DNA of 56,720 bases from IMG/VR virus record IMGVR_UViG_3300045911_000181, positions 1-56,720 of that record; one strand, written 5' to 3'. Below the pieces are notes generated by a model. It was given only the letters and a program-made list of their open reading frames with translations, was not told the DNA's origin and ran no database searches. Numbering within the stretch: position 1 is the first letter of the stretch; the number at the start of each line of letters is the position of its first letter. Of this stretch, positions 1-9,348 are shown one piece after another. The translations under genes were made by a program, and so were the position numbers. This stretch comes from a virus (taxonomy: Duplodnaviria > Caudoviricetes).

Positions 1-79
1 GGAAACAGGCAAAGTGGGCGAACCCACGTTTGCTCAGTGTGCCGGGACCGCCCAATTCGTAAACCACATGGTAGCTCAT
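1..79 (-). CDS. hypothetical protein, 5' part only (runs off window)
   Basis: ATG at 79, 6 nt after the -10 box of the promoter at 86-114; reads MSYHVVYELGGPG... Confidence 0.5.
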   Translation of the reverse strand, partial: MSYHVVYELGGPGTLSKRGFAHFACF

Positions 80-85
80 GACTCC

Positions 86-114
86 ATCATACCGGAGCAC
101 GACCTATATGTCAA
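86..114 (-). promoter_or_regulatory. sigma70-type early promoter
   Basis: TTGACA-tataggtcgtgctccgg(17)-TATGAT on the minus strand. Confidence 0.8.
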
Positions 115-347
115 CCCCCATTTTGGCTGTTGGTGTCGAACTTGATGCCGATGAGAACTTCGATGCTTTCAATCTTGTGCTTGATGGTTTGAAGCTGTGT
201 CGCCAAGGACTCAGCATCCATCTTCGTCCACATTCGACGTAACAGCCGAAACTGTTTGTCAATGTCGGTGAATAGTTGATCTGCGACTACTCGATTTTCT
301 TCAACGATGTTCAGAAACTTGTTGTGGTCAAGCGGCATTAGCATCAA
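111..347 (-). CDS. hypothetical coiled-coil protein
   Basis: 78-aa ORF overlapping the end of the upstream gene; heptad-like pattern. Confidence 0.6.
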   Translation of the reverse strand: MMLMPLDHNKFLNIVEENRVVADQLFTDIDKQFRLLRRMWTKMDAESLATQLQTIKHKIESIEVLIGIKFDTNSQNGG

Positions 348-1104
348 TCCTCAAATGCTTCCTCAGAATGTAGCGGGCCAGATCCCGGATCGCTTGCTTG
401 TCAGGTTCGTCCGGGAGAGAACTAGCCGCCGCTGCCTCTTTAGATGCTTCCAAGAGCCGCAAGATTTCGGCGCGGCCTTGTTCATATGTCCACGCGCCTT
501 CGCGAATGGCCTTCAGTTCCTCAGCATCAATGCCGCGCCGGTCAACCAACAGCGCCGCCCCGTTGCATGAGAAGAACTCCCCGATCATACGCGCAAGGCG
601 GACGGCATGATACATGTACTTCGTATCGAACCCGAACTTGTCGCGGATGGCTTTGCGCTTGGCACCCATCCGGCCCGTCGCCGGGTTGTCAACTCCCATC
701 TTCTCAAGCTGACGGAAAGCATATCCAGCGAAGCTGTCAATGGCCCTCTTCGAGTTGAAAAGATGACGGTTGTCAATGAGTACCTGACCCAACGGGTCAA
801 CATACTCATAGTTGCTCACCCACAAAAGCGGGATCACATTCGGATTGAAATTCTGGCAAAGCCGCATGAATTTGGTGAGTTCATACGACGTTTCTTCGGA
901 CAGCAAATTGCCATCCTCATCCTTCTCTTTTTTCTCCATCGTGCCTTGCGATCCGAACCAGTCGAGTGACAGGTACACTTGATCGGACGCGGCGACGACT
1001 TCCATGAAATCTGTGTCAGATTCCGGCGTCGATGTGCCATAGGCATGGCTTCCGACTTGCGCTCTGAGTAGGGTCTTTTCTGGAATTAGCGGTGGAACTT
1101 GCAT
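328..1104 (-). CDS. Pol-beta superfamily nucleotidyltransferase (RlaP/YcgL-like)
   Basis: GSHAYGTSTPESDTD motif, NPNVIPLLW, KYMYHAVRL, LKAIREG, SSLPDEPD; start placed at MQVPP. Confidence 0.85.
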   Translation of the reverse strand: MQVPPLIPEKTLLRAQVGSHAYGTSTPESDTDFMEVVAASDQVYLSLDWFGSQGTMEKKEKDEDGNLLSEETSYELTKFMRLCQNFNPNVIPLLWVSNYEYVDPLGQVLIDNRHLFNSKRAIDSFAGYAFRQLEKMGVDNPATGRMGAKRKAIRDKFGFDTKYMYHAVRLARMIGEFFSCNGAALLVDRRGIDAEELKAIREGAWTYEQGRAEILRLLEASKEAAAASSLPDEPDKQAIRDLARYILRKHLRIDANAA

Positions 1105-1125
1105 GGGAATATCGGAACAGGTCCG

Positions 1126-1133
1126 TATAAACA
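1126..1133 (+). promoter_or_regulatory. T4-type late promoter
   Basis: TATAAACA 8 nt upstream of the dUTPase ATG. Confidence 0.55.
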
Positions 1134-1141
1134 ATCATCAC

Positions 1142-1651
1142 ATGGCAAAGAAAACGCAACTTTCCTTTTTCAAGGTCAATCCCAACGCCGAACCGCCCGC
1201 CTACGGCACGCAGGATTCCGCATGCTTCGATTTCAAGGCTTGCCTCATCGGGGAACGAGTTCGAGGATTCGACCGCAACAACAAAGAGTTCGTCACGCCG
1301 CTGAGCGACAAGATCGTCATCAATCCCGGTGAACGTGTTCTTGTTCCCACCGGCCTGATTCTTGACATCCCCGAAGGATATTCCGTCCGGCTCCATGCCC
1401 GCTCCGGTTTGAGCCTGAAGCAAGGTCTGGTGTTAGCGAATGCTGAAGGTGTCATCGACAGCGACTATGTTGATCCCACCTACATCATGATGTCCAATAT
1501 CTCCACTGTCATGGCAACCATCAAACACGGCGACCGCATCGCCCAAGGTGAACTGGTCCCTGTGTACCCGGCTGACTTCAAAGAACTCAAGCAAGCACCC
1601 GGCAAGAAAACGGATCGTCAAGGCGGTCTTGGATCAACAGGAGTGAAGTAG
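1142..1651 (+). CDS. dut: trimeric dUTPase
   Basis: Motifs ACFDF, ARSGLS, GVIDSDY, GDRIAQ, RQGGLGSTG. Confidence 0.95.
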   Translation: MAKKTQLSFFKVNPNAEPPAYGTQDSACFDFKACLIGERVRGFDRNNKEFVTPLSDKIVINPGERVLVPTGLILDIPEGYSVRLHARSGLSLKQGLVLANAEGVIDSDYVDPTYIMMSNISTVMATIKHGDRIAQGELVPVYPADFKELKQAPGKKTDRQGGLGSTGVK

Positions 1652-1924
1652 ATGAAGACCTTGAAGCGCGGCGCGACAAGACAAGAAGTCTTTGCAGCCA
1701 TCGATTCCGAACGCGAATATCAAACGAAGCTGAAACGGAACAAAGTCAAACGGCAAACACAGATGGAACACCTTGCCATCATTCGCCGGATTTGTCGCGA
1801 TTTGGAAGATGCATGGTATGACACTGCCGGTCAACCGCCATTAGACTACATGCGGAAAATCGCAGGAGTGGCTGTGCGCTGTATGGAAGAACATGGCGCT
1901 CCACACCGGCAACTTGACATATAA
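1652..1924 (+). CDS. hypothetical protein, possibly all-alpha NTP pyrophosphatase (MazG-like)
   Basis: AIDSEREYQ...MRKIAGVAVRCME helical pattern; directly follows dut. Confidence 0.5.
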   Translation: MKTLKRGATRQEVFAAIDSEREYQTKLKRNKVKRQTQMEHLAIIRRICRDLEDAWYDTAGQPPLDYMRKIAGVAVRCMEEHGAPHRQLDI

Positions 1925-1942
1925 GTCATTTCGTGCTATAAT
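1914..1942 (+). promoter_or_regulatory. consensus sigma70 early promoter
   Basis: TTGACA-N17-TATAAT with extended TG. Confidence 0.9.
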
Positions 1943-1947
1943 GAGAA

Positions 1948-2265
1948 ATGCGCCATCTCATACAGCCCAATTCTAGGACGTGCGGGCAAACATGCGTTGC
2001 GATGGCGGCTGGTATTGACATAGAAGCCGCCATCAAGCTGTTTGGACACAAGCACGGCACCAGCACACGAAGCATGGTTCGTGTGTTGCGTCACCTTGGC
2101 TTCAAACCGGCACCATGTCTTCAGCGAATCACTCCCGACCGGCCCGCGCCGAAACGATGCATCTGCAAAATGCGTTTCCGTCGCCGGGATGGTCGCGGGT
2201 GGCGATCCGGCTGGCATTGGGTCCTGATATGGGACGGCAAGCTATACGACCCGCTTTGGTCCTGA
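1948..2265 (+). CDS. peptidase C39-like cysteine protease domain protein
   Basis: QPNSRTCGQTCVAM (catalytic Cys) and HWVLIWDG...YDP (His/Asp). Confidence 0.75.
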   Translation: MRHLIQPNSRTCGQTCVAMAAGIDIEAAIKLFGHKHGTSTRSMVRVLRHLGFKPAPCLQRITPDRPAPKRCICKMRFRRRDGRGWRSGWHWVLIWDGKLYDPLWS

Positions 2266-2331
2266 CTTCCAGCACAAAGTACAGTTCCAACTATCCTCAT
2301 TCTTGGATTTGACCTGTCGTACAATAGAACC

Positions 2332-2538
2332 ATGAAACGCAATTGGGTCCGGGGCGTACAAATCATCTTCCGGGAAAAGACCCTAGCTCAACAGCTTCTT
2401 CTTTTCCTCTTCGGGTACTTCATGTATTGTGTTGCCGAACACATCAGCCAACCTTTCGCAATCATCATGACCATCGGCCTTTTCGGGTTCATCTTCCCGT
2501 GGTTCTTCGGGATTGTAGACGATCTGGAAAGGTCATAA
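2332..2538 (+). CDS. small membrane protein
   Basis: Two hydrophobic segments; TACAAT -10 box 6 nt upstream. Confidence 0.6.
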   Translation: MKRNWVRGVQIIFREKTLAQQLLLFLFGYFMYCVAEHISQPFAIIMTIGLFGFIFPWFFGIVDDLERS

Positions 2539-2542
2539 CCCA

Positions 2543-2731
2543 ATGAACTGGAACACCACAAACCTGTGGAAAGCCACCTTCGCGACCATCGGCATTGGTA
2601 TCTTCCTGAACGCAATGCATTGGCCGAAAATCGGTGAGTTCATCGGCATCGTCGGTGGGATCGCGTTCATCATCATGTGTTGCGCCCGGTTCGAAGACGT
2701 GCAAAAATTTTTGGACAAAAACGGCAGATAG
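2543..2731 (+). CDS. small membrane protein
   Basis: Two predicted TM helices. Confidence 0.6.
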   Translation: MNWNTTNLWKATFATIGIGIFLNAMHWPKIGEFIGIVGGIAFIIMCCARFEDVQKFLDKNGR

Positions 2732-2781
2732 CGTCTATATACCTTTTGGATGCCGCATGGCGGGTCCATAGGAGATAGATC

Positions 2782-3213
2782 ATGTTCAATAGCTTAGTGA
2801 CGTTCCCTGCCTCTTCTTCTCAGTGGGGCACCTTCCAGAAAGAAATCTTCGACGCCTTCCGGGACTTCGGTTTCGAGATCATCGGCGGCGATCAGAAGTT
2901 CCCGATCTACAACTGTCGGTACAACGAAGCCAAGGAACTCATCCTTGACTTGGCCGTCGCCGGGTACAGCAAAGAACGCTTGTCCGTCGAACTGGTAGAT
3001 CGCGACACGTTGGTGGTCAAGGGAGAAGGTGACGCCAAAATCTCTTCCGACTTCTTCACCATTCGCAACATCAGCAACAAGAGCTTCACCAAGAGCTTCC
3101 GTCTCTCCCGCGAAGTGGACATCAAGTCCGTCACGCTGGAAAACGGCATTCTCAGTGTGACGATGAGTGTGCTTGGTGAAAAATATAATCGGAAGGTGTT
3201 CAAGCCCGAATAA
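2782..3213 (+). CDS. hsp20: small heat shock protein (Hsp20/IbpA family)
   Basis: FPIYN, LAVAGY, RNISNKSFTKSF, LENGILSV; AGGAG RBS. Confidence 0.9.
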   Translation: MFNSLVTFPASSSQWGTFQKEIFDAFRDFGFEIIGGDQKFPIYNCRYNEAKELILDLAVAGYSKERLSVELVDRDTLVVKGEGDAKISSDFFTIRNISNKSFTKSFRLSREVDIKSVTLENGILSVTMSVLGEKYNRKVFKPE

Positions 3214-3216
3214 CCC

Positions 3217-3261
3217 CGCGCGGGCGTGCTCACGCGGGTGCGCCCGCGCAACCCATAAATA
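3217..3261 (+). promoter_or_regulatory. GC-rich hairpin followed by late promoter
   Basis: GCGCGGGCG...CGCCCGCGC stem, then CATAAATA at 3254-3261, 6 nt before ATG 3268. Confidence 0.55.
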
Positions 3262-3267
3262 CGTTCG

Positions 3268-3869
3268 ATGCTCAGCTTTCAATCTTTTCTAGCCGAAGTG
3301 TCGAACGCGGAAGCGACCGTCATCAATCTTCTTCGTCTGGCAGATCGCCCCGGAACCCCACACGAAGGGGAAATCGCCTTGGCGCAAGCCAAGAAGCTGG
3401 CCGCTTGCGCGCCAAGATGAACGACCAACCGGCACGCCCGTCGTCTTCCAGTGGCGGCTACGATCCGCGCAAGAGTGAAGGCGAAGAAGCTGTCTTCGCT
3501 ATGTGGGAAGCATCCATCCGCGATGCCGACGACCATCACCACGGCTTCCAGTTCGTCAAAGAAGCCCGTCAAGGTTCGGACAAATACCGGATCTACAAGA
3601 GTTCCAAGTACCCCGAATTCGAACTTCGCATCTTCCTCTATCACTTCGAACTGTGGAAGAAAGACGTGGAGATCGCCGCCGGAACCGGCAGTGGCCGTTT
3701 CGGTCCTTTCCGATTGGTCCTCATCATGATGGACTACATCAAACGGATCACGGCATGGGTCGAACAAGTCCGGGACATCGCAGAGAAGGCCGGGTACGTC
3801 GTCTTCAAGGAACCCGCCGGGCACAACGGACTTCCTTCCGGCCTTTGGGTTTCTCTTCAGCTTCGTTGA
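3268..3869 (+). pseudogene. frameshifted putative internal head protein with DUF2786-like N-terminus
   Basis: 3268-3420 reads MLSFQSFLAE...LLRLADRPGTPHEGEIALAQAKKLA and continues in another frame (3405-3869); the paralog at 3888-5298 is continuous here. Confidence 0.6.
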
Positions 3870-3887
3870 AGTCTTGAAACGATTTCA

Positions 3888-5298
3888 TCACTCATCCTTC
3901 GGTTCGTTGAATTTGGCCTTGAACTGGTTCAACGCTTTGAGAAGTTCTTCGGCGGTGTGGCCGTCCTTCAGCGTCAATGTGCTGGCACTTCCCATGCCCA
4001 TGTTCCAATGCTTCTGAAGCGACCAGCGGCCCGTTTTCGGGTCCACCACGGCGAAGTACTTGCCTCCCTTACTGCTGAAGTATTCCTTCGTCGGGTCGGG
4101 ACGATCCACCACTTTATCATTCGGACGGAATTCAAACTGGCTCAGCATATTGACGATCTTGTCGAAGCCCATCTCAGCCTTTTTCATCAAGACCGACAAA
4201 GACCGCTCAAGCGATTCCGAATCCTTACCGTGGGATTTGTCACCCAACAACGCCTTGATGTCGTGAGCGGGCCGCATACCGCCGCCAGCGCTATCTTTAC
4301 GGACAAACTCAGCCGTAATCATCCACCAGACTTCATCATCCTTTTTCATTGCGCCGCGCATCTTGTTCGGGCCGAATGTAACGCGGAGCATTTCCACGGT
4401 GTTCGACCAGATGTGCTGATTGCCTTGCTTGTCGAAAGGACGGAATCCGAAACTGGTCAGAACCTTGACCATCTTGTTGATTTCGTCGTGAACCGAGAAC
4501 GCGGCTTCACCACTCTTACGCTTGGTGGTCACCCACTTCTCAAAGGCTTGGGGTCCCTTGTTCTTCTGGTCGAAGCGCTTGGTGTCCAGTTTCCACTTGT
4601 TCGAAACGCTGCCACCCTGACGGGTTTCGTGCCACCATGCGCCATCCGGCCCGACGATCAGCCGGTAGGGGTCACTGACCATTTCCCGGTACGACTCACC
4701 GGTGCTGGCGGGCTTGAGGACGTATCCGTGCTTCTCAGCTACCCGGACAACCGCTTCAGCTTCAGGTGTCAGCTTTTGAGCGTTGTTGTATGCTTTCTGT
4801 TCCTTCTCCCGTTGTTCGGCGTCCCGCTTGACCTTCAAGCCCTTCCAATCCACGGAACGAAGCGCACCGATCAGGTCTTGAGCGTTTGTGCTCTTCGCCA
4901 GCACGTCATCCTTCGAATAGCCGCCGGGACGACCGGTCGGGTCCGCATGAACCAGATACCACATGATCGGGCGTTCCTTCTCACCTTGGATCGGGAGCAC
5001 CACCAAAACAAACGTACCGTCATGTGAGACACCCCACACAACGACTTCCGACCCGAACTGAGCATAGGTGGTGCCGGAACGCATCCGGTCACCCTTCCCG
5101 TTATGCCGCGCGCCGGGCACGTGGCTCATGATGGTATTGATTTCGACGAACAGCCGGTCAGCGGGATGAGTGGATGATGAATTCGACGGTGCCCGGCGAA
5201 CACTCTGTTGTTTCATCATCGAACGGGCAACTTCAAGATCGATGTTGCTCTTCTTCGCAAGGGCGGTGGCTTGTGCCAAAGCAACTTCGCCTTCGTGG
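3888..5298 (-). CDS. large hypothetical protein, paralog of 3268-3869, native N-terminus apparently lost
   Basis: HEGEVALAQATALAKK matches HEGEIALAQAKKLA of the convergent gene; upstream sequence belongs to another ORF. Confidence 0.6.
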
Positions 5299-5439
5299 CA
5301 CCCGAAACTTGCGCCGAACGAAATTTCCGTATCCCCGGTCAAACTTTCCAAGGTAGACAGTCGCGTAGGGATCGGTCGGTAGTGCAAAGGCCGGGATCGC
5401 CGCGACGATTGGCAGAGCGAACATTTGCCGTCGTGTCAT
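5233..5439 (-). CDS. protein with Tat-like signal peptide, probably truncated
   Basis: MTRRQMFALPIVAAIPAFA: twin-arginine, hydrophobic core, AFA cleavage motif. Confidence 0.5.
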   Translation of the reverse strand: MTRRQMFALPIVAAIPAFALPTDPYATVYLGKFDRGYGNFVRRKFRVPRRRSCFGTSHRPCEEEQHRS

Positions 5440-5461
5440 ATTTCTACTTAGGTAAACGTTT

Positions 5462-5577
5462 CCACCCGGCTTAACGTACCGGGTGATGAGGACTGCCACC
5501 GCGCGTTAGGCAATCCAACGTCGGACTGTTAATGGAATGTCCGCGCACCGATTGATCGATCACTCAATCAACCATCT
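5462..5577 (-). ncRNA. candidate structured small RNA downstream of Ro60 (possible Y-RNA analogue or leader RNA)
   Basis: TGnTAGACT -10 at 5584-5589; UUGAUUGA-GUGA-UCGAUCAA hairpin; CGGAC/GUCCG and CGUUGG/CUAACG stems; CACCCGG/CCGGGUG hairpin; G-U pairs favour the minus strand. Confidence 0.5.
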
Positions 5578-5614
5578 GAAATCAGTCTATCATGCAAAGG
5601 GAAGACTGAAAAAC

Positions 5615-5641
5615 AAAAAGGCCGGACCCGAAGGCCCGGCC
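5615..5641 (-). terminator. Rho-independent terminator after Ro60 (repeated element, copy 1)
   Basis: GGCCGGGCC-TTCG-GGTCCGGCC-TTTTT. Confidence 0.9.
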
Positions 5642-5660
5642 AGTTTGGTTCCCCGCCTGA

Positions 5661-7322
5661 TTAGGCGGTAGTGGCTTCCGTTTCGTCTTCCGATCCCGCC
5701 CGGCGGCTGGTGCCACCGCGCATGAAATCGGCCAACAGAACCGGCACGTTGGCGTCGAAACCAACGAAGTCCATCATACCCATATCCTTCGGATCGGCGA
5801 TGGAGAACGGCGTCGCAGCCGTGGCGATGACCGCCAGCTTCGCGTTCGGCTTGTTCCGTTCCTTGCGGTACTTCACAAGCGCTTGCGACGGCTGGATGTT
5901 TCCGGCCCAAGTTTCGCTGTCCGTGATTACCGTGAAACAATCGACGTTCAACTTGTTCTGGATGCCATAGATCATCGGCAAGGAGCAATTCGTACCGCCG
6001 CCAAGATTACGATTCGCCTTCTTCGTTGCCGTTTCCAGCGTATCCTTGGCAGTGATCTTGAGATCGACGAATTGCGTGTCGAACCCACGGATGTCGTAGT
6101 TCTTCTCCGTGCGGATGAAGACCATCGCTTGTGCGGCGGCAATCATCGCATGGGTCAGAGCCGTTCCGTTCCAACTCATCGTCATCGAACCGGACAGATC
6201 GATACCGACCAAGAGGTTCTGACCGGTCGGCTCCACGTTGGCGAAGGTTCCGTAGAACGCATCCATCAACGCATCGACAACCGCCGGAACCACCGGCCAC
6301 GAACCGTTACCGCGCTGACCGTGCCCGGCACCGTAGGCACCGTAGGCCAACAACACCTGAAGCGGGTGTACCCGCGACCGGCGCAAGTATTCGGCATCGC
6401 GCAAACGGCTGGTGACCAGCTTCGACGCATCCGACAGCGGGACCAACAGGCCAGACTTCGACATGTTGCCCAAGTTGCGGATCATGGCCGTCAGCGGCAT
6501 CTTTTGCAAGAGCGCTTCCTGAACCGTCGCGTCGTTGAGGAACTGAGTCGGAATCATCTCCCGCGTCAAACCGTAGTCCGACACGATCTTGATGACTTCC
6601 TTGGCCGAAGTCGCCTTCTTAGCCAACTCAACGCCGTCGATCACACGGGACACATCCGGCTTGTACTCACCCTTGGCCGCGTAACGATAGATCGCGGAGC
6701 GAACTTCGTCTTCCGGCTTCGGGTGAGCCAAACGGAGAATGTCGCGCTGTGCCCATCCCTCACGCTGCTGGTACTTCGCCAACTGGTAGGCCAGATCGCG
6801 CGGCGACTTGACCGCGTACCAGTCCTTCACGGCGCGGGCCAGAACAGCGCCCCAACCGCGAAGCGAAGTCGCGTAGGAAATGAACGAGAACAGATGCGTG
6901 CCCGTGCGCGCGACCACCGGCAACTTCGACGCCGCGTACTGGCGCGTCTCAATGACCGGGGAGTCGGTCGGGGACATGGCAAGTGCCAGCGCAAACAACG
7001 CCGGATCATTCTTCGGTGCCCGGCCCGCGTCGCTGATGCCAGCGATCACATCGACCGTGCGCTTGCCGTCTTCCTTCAAGCACGCAATCACGTTCTTGGC
7101 GTGCTCACGGGTCAGCTTTTCCGCCGATCCACCACTGGCGTAGTAGGCCGGGTTCTCAGACCCAAGGATCAGGAAGCGCTCCAAGAGCGTCCACTTGTCA
7201 ACGGTGAAGACATATCCACCGTGGGCGTTTTGCGCCATTTCATTCTCACGACCCGGAATCGGCTGATTCTGCGGGGTCGTCTTCCGGCTTGCGCCGTGCA
7301 AGCTATAGATGTTCTTTGCCAT
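5661..7322 (-). CDS. Ro60/Rsr TROVE-domain RNA-binding protein with C-terminal VWA domain
   Basis: NAHGGYVF, LERFLILGSE, RTGTHLF, KYQQREGW..RDILRLAHPK, MPLTAMIRNLG, VHPLQVL, DLSGSM, GGGTNCSLP, TDSETWAG, GFDA. Confidence 0.95.
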   Translation of the reverse strand: MAKNIYSLHGASRKTTPQNQPIPGRENEMAQNAHGGYVFTVDKWTLLERFLILGSENPAYYASGGSAEKLTREHAKNVIACLKEDGKRTVDVIAGISDAGRAPKNDPALFALALAMSPTDSPVIETRQYAASKLPVVARTGTHLFSFISYATSLRGWGAVLARAVKDWYAVKSPRDLAYQLAKYQQREGWAQRDILRLAHPKPEDEVRSAIYRYAAKGEYKPDVSRVIDGVELAKKATSAKEVIKIVSDYGLTREMIPTQFLNDATVQEALLQKMPLTAMIRNLGNMSKSGLLVPLSDASKLVTSRLRDAEYLRRSRVHPLQVLLAYGAYGAGHGQRGNGSWPVVPAVVDALMDAFYGTFANVEPTGQNLLVGIDLSGSMTMSWNGTALTHAMIAAAQAMVFIRTEKNYDIRGFDTQFVDLKITAKDTLETATKKANRNLGGGTNCSLPMIYGIQNKLNVDCFTVITDSETWAGNIQPSQALVKYRKERNKPNAKLAVIATAATPFSIADPKDMGMMDFVGFDANVPVLLADFMRGGTSRRAGSEDETEATTA

Positions 7323-7361
7323 GTTATTGACCTCTTTTCCGCACGAACTACATCGTGTTTA

Positions 7362-8033
7362 CTACTCCTGTTCTTCTTCCAAACTACGCATCACATCTTC
7401 GAAAGGAACCAATTCGGCCCGCCCTTCTTCGACTTCTTTGATGCGCTCTTTCATTTCTGCCAGAAATTCTTCGTTCTGTTCGGGACCGCCGTGAAAGCTG
7501 ATGTCCCAATAGATCGCGTCAAGAAACTCCAACAGACTGAAAACTCTTTTTCCCGTCAGCACTTCTTCGGTCCAGTTCCGGCGGATCGTAAACTTCTCAT
7601 CGATCACCACCGGGATATGCGCCAACTGGTACATGGGTGAATACGAAACGGCCCATCTTTCCCCATTGGCATCCACTCCGATGAAGTCCGTACACAGGTT
7701 GAAATCTTTCTCTTCCTTGTGATCGAACACTTCACCGTAGGAACTCACGACCAGCTTCACTAACGGTTCATCCAGATCCTTACGCGGCTCACGGGCCTGT
7801 GCATGGAATTCATCGATTGCCCCACACCATGCATAATGTGCAACAACTTCCTTCAGAGTCGGATGTTGATCCACAATCGCAAAAATCTGGCCCAACGTCA
7901 CGCCGTCGTCGATTTGCACGCGACACCGAAGGTCGGTCAATCGAAACGGCTTTTCAACATAATCCTTCTTCTCCTTCCCGTCCCACTCATACGCCGCCAA
8001 GCGGTCGTGGTGGAACACAACGTAATCGCTCAT
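7362..8033 (-). CDS. hypothetical protein
   Basis: 223-aa ORF coupled to its neighbours, genome-typical codon usage. Confidence 0.7.
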   Translation of the reverse strand: MSDYVVFHHDRLAAYEWDGKEKKDYVEKPFRLTDLRCRVQIDDGVTLGQIFAIVDQHPTLKEVVAHYAWCGAIDEFHAQAREPRKDLDEPLVKLVVSSYGEVFDHKEEKDFNLCTDFIGVDANGERWAVSYSPMYQLAHIPVVIDEKFTIRRNWTEEVLTGKRVFSLLEFLDAIYWDISFHGGPEQNEEFLAEMKERIKEVEEGRAELVPFEDVMRSLEEEQE

Positions 8034-8470
8034 GTTGGTTCGTATATCTCCAACCCCGGCATGAAGCCAAGGGAATCCACAATCATGGGTCTAACGACAG
8101 ACCATTGAAGTCCGCCTAAGCCACAACCGATTGCCGGAATTGCAAGACTGGAAATCTCATGATCCTTGCACCAATCAGCAAGGGCCACCAGACCAGTTTC
8201 AATCCACTCTATCTGAGAGGGGTTTCGCCAGTGATCCTTGGTCGCAAAGCATGCGACCCATTTTGGCGGTGGGGTGGTGTCATGCTGAGGCAACACAAGG
8301 ATGTTGCCCGGAAAAAGCGTTTTTGGTTCAGCACAAGCATGACGATATGAATTTAGCACACCCGGAAACCGATTTGCAAACTTTTTTGCTAATCCGGCTC
8401 CCATTACACCAAAACAGTTCACCGGATTCACCCAAACTTGAGCTTGGGACCGGAACATGTCTCCCGGCAT
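8030..8470 (-). CDS. macrodomain ADP-ribose hydrolase (DarG/TARG1-like)
   Basis: GDMF, VNPVNCFGVMGAGLA, FATKDHWR, SLAIPAIGCGLGGL.W. Confidence 0.9.
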   Translation of the reverse strand: MPGDMFRSQAQVWVNPVNCFGVMGAGLAKKFANRFPGVLNSYRHACAEPKTLFPGNILVLPQHDTTPPPKWVACFATKDHWRNPSQIEWIETGLVALADWCKDHEISSLAIPAIGCGLGGLQWSVVRPMIVDSLGFMPGLEIYEPT

Positions 8471-8889
8471 CACTCTAACGCCTTCAACTGTTTCAACAAC
8501 TCTTGCCGCTTCCGTTCCTTGTCGTCCGCCGGGCGCACCGGCACCGTGAGCACGCGGAAGTCCGTGACCCACACACCGGCGTCGCCACTACACAAGCCAC
8601 TGAAGTTCGACTTGGTGTAGGTGACTTCAATTTCCTGCTGGCCTTCCATCACTTCCAGCAACCGCTTATACAACGCTTCATCTTTCACGCTGAAGTGAAA
8701 TGCCGTTCCGTTGACACCACTGCCGCCATTGAAGCCGCCCCGGACCAGTTCACCTTCGTAGGTGTCACAGATCATTCCGTACTGGCCCATCTTGACGACT
8801 TGACCGATCTTCTTTCCATCACCGCTCTTGATGCCGTATCCACAGCCGACCAAGAACAATCCCATCACCGCAACAATGAAGTATCGCAT
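8470..8889 (-). CDS. lipoprotein
   Basis: Lipobox LVGC after a hydrophobic signal. Confidence 0.75.
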   Translation of the reverse strand: MRYFIVAVMGLFLVGCGYGIKSGDGKKIGQVVKMGQYGMICDTYEGELVRGGFNGGSGVNGTAFHFSVKDEALYKRLLEVMEGQQEIEVTYTKSNFSGLCSGDAGVWVTDFRVLTVPVRPADDKERKRQELLKQLKALE

Positions 8890-8918
8890 ACCTCATTGTC
8901 CATCCACTACCATACACG

Positions 8919-8962
8919 CAAAAACAGAAACGCCCCGGCGGAACTCACCGGGGCGTTCGTTT
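8919..8962 (-). terminator. Rho-independent terminator
   Basis: AACGCCCCGG...CCGGGGCGTT stem followed by a T-rich tail on the minus strand. Confidence 0.75.
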
Positions 8963-8985
8963 GCCGGGAACCAGTCCCGACCGCT

Positions 8986-9348
8986 TCACTTCGTTGTCGT
9001 CGTTGTGATGAAACCCGAAGTGGCTGGAGTATTTGTGCCAGTCGTCGTACCAATGATTTGGTTCGGCTCACACAAAGTCCAACGCTCCCATTTGTTCCAA
9101 GGGAAATATGGCTTCCACGGAATCGGCTGAACCGGCACCGGCACAGCGACCGGCGGCACCGGCACAGCGACCGGCGGCACCGGCACAAACTGTACTTTGT
9201 TTTTCCCCTTGACTTCCACGATCTTGATCTTCTCAACAACCTTCTGTTTGACTTGCACCTTGACGGTGTTCGTCTCTTGGTCGAAGAAAACCTGTGCGTC
9301 GCTTGCGCCTTCGATCTGAATCTTCAATCCGTTGATGGTGACTTCCAT
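8986..9348 (-). CDS. hypothetical protein with Pro/Val-rich repeats
   Basis: 120-aa ORF abutting the VWA gene stop; GGAGG RBS. Confidence 0.7.
   Translation of the reverse strand: MEVTINGLKIQIEGASDAQVFFDQETNTVKVQVKQKVVEKIKIVEVKGKNKVQFVPVPPVAVPVPPVAVPVPVQPIPWKPYFPWNKWERWTLCEPNQIIGTTTGTNTPATSGFITTTTTK
9130..9187. repeat. 21-bp coding tandem repeat (VPVPPVA)
   Basis: ACCGGCGGCACCGGCACAGCG repeated about 2.7 times. Confidence 0.85.

Noticed and set aside
1649-1654. TAG followed by in-frame ATG: stop-codon recoding or a dUTPase fusion
   Set aside because: dUTPase ends at its normal motif V; TAG, TGA and TAA all end conserved genes at expected positions, so the standard code fits
5380-5439. Host assignment to Acidobacteriota from signal-peptide style
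   Set aside because: Suggestive only; the sequence supports no more than a diderm host with access to B12
5455-5510. Twister- or hammerhead-like ribozyme
   Set aside because: Partial resemblance only; CUGAUGA core absent and twister P1/P2 could not be built
5883-7640. Long antisense ORFs (also 3957-5027, 27473-28879, 53690-55216)
   Set aside because: Shadows of codon bias opposite well-supported genes; no motifs
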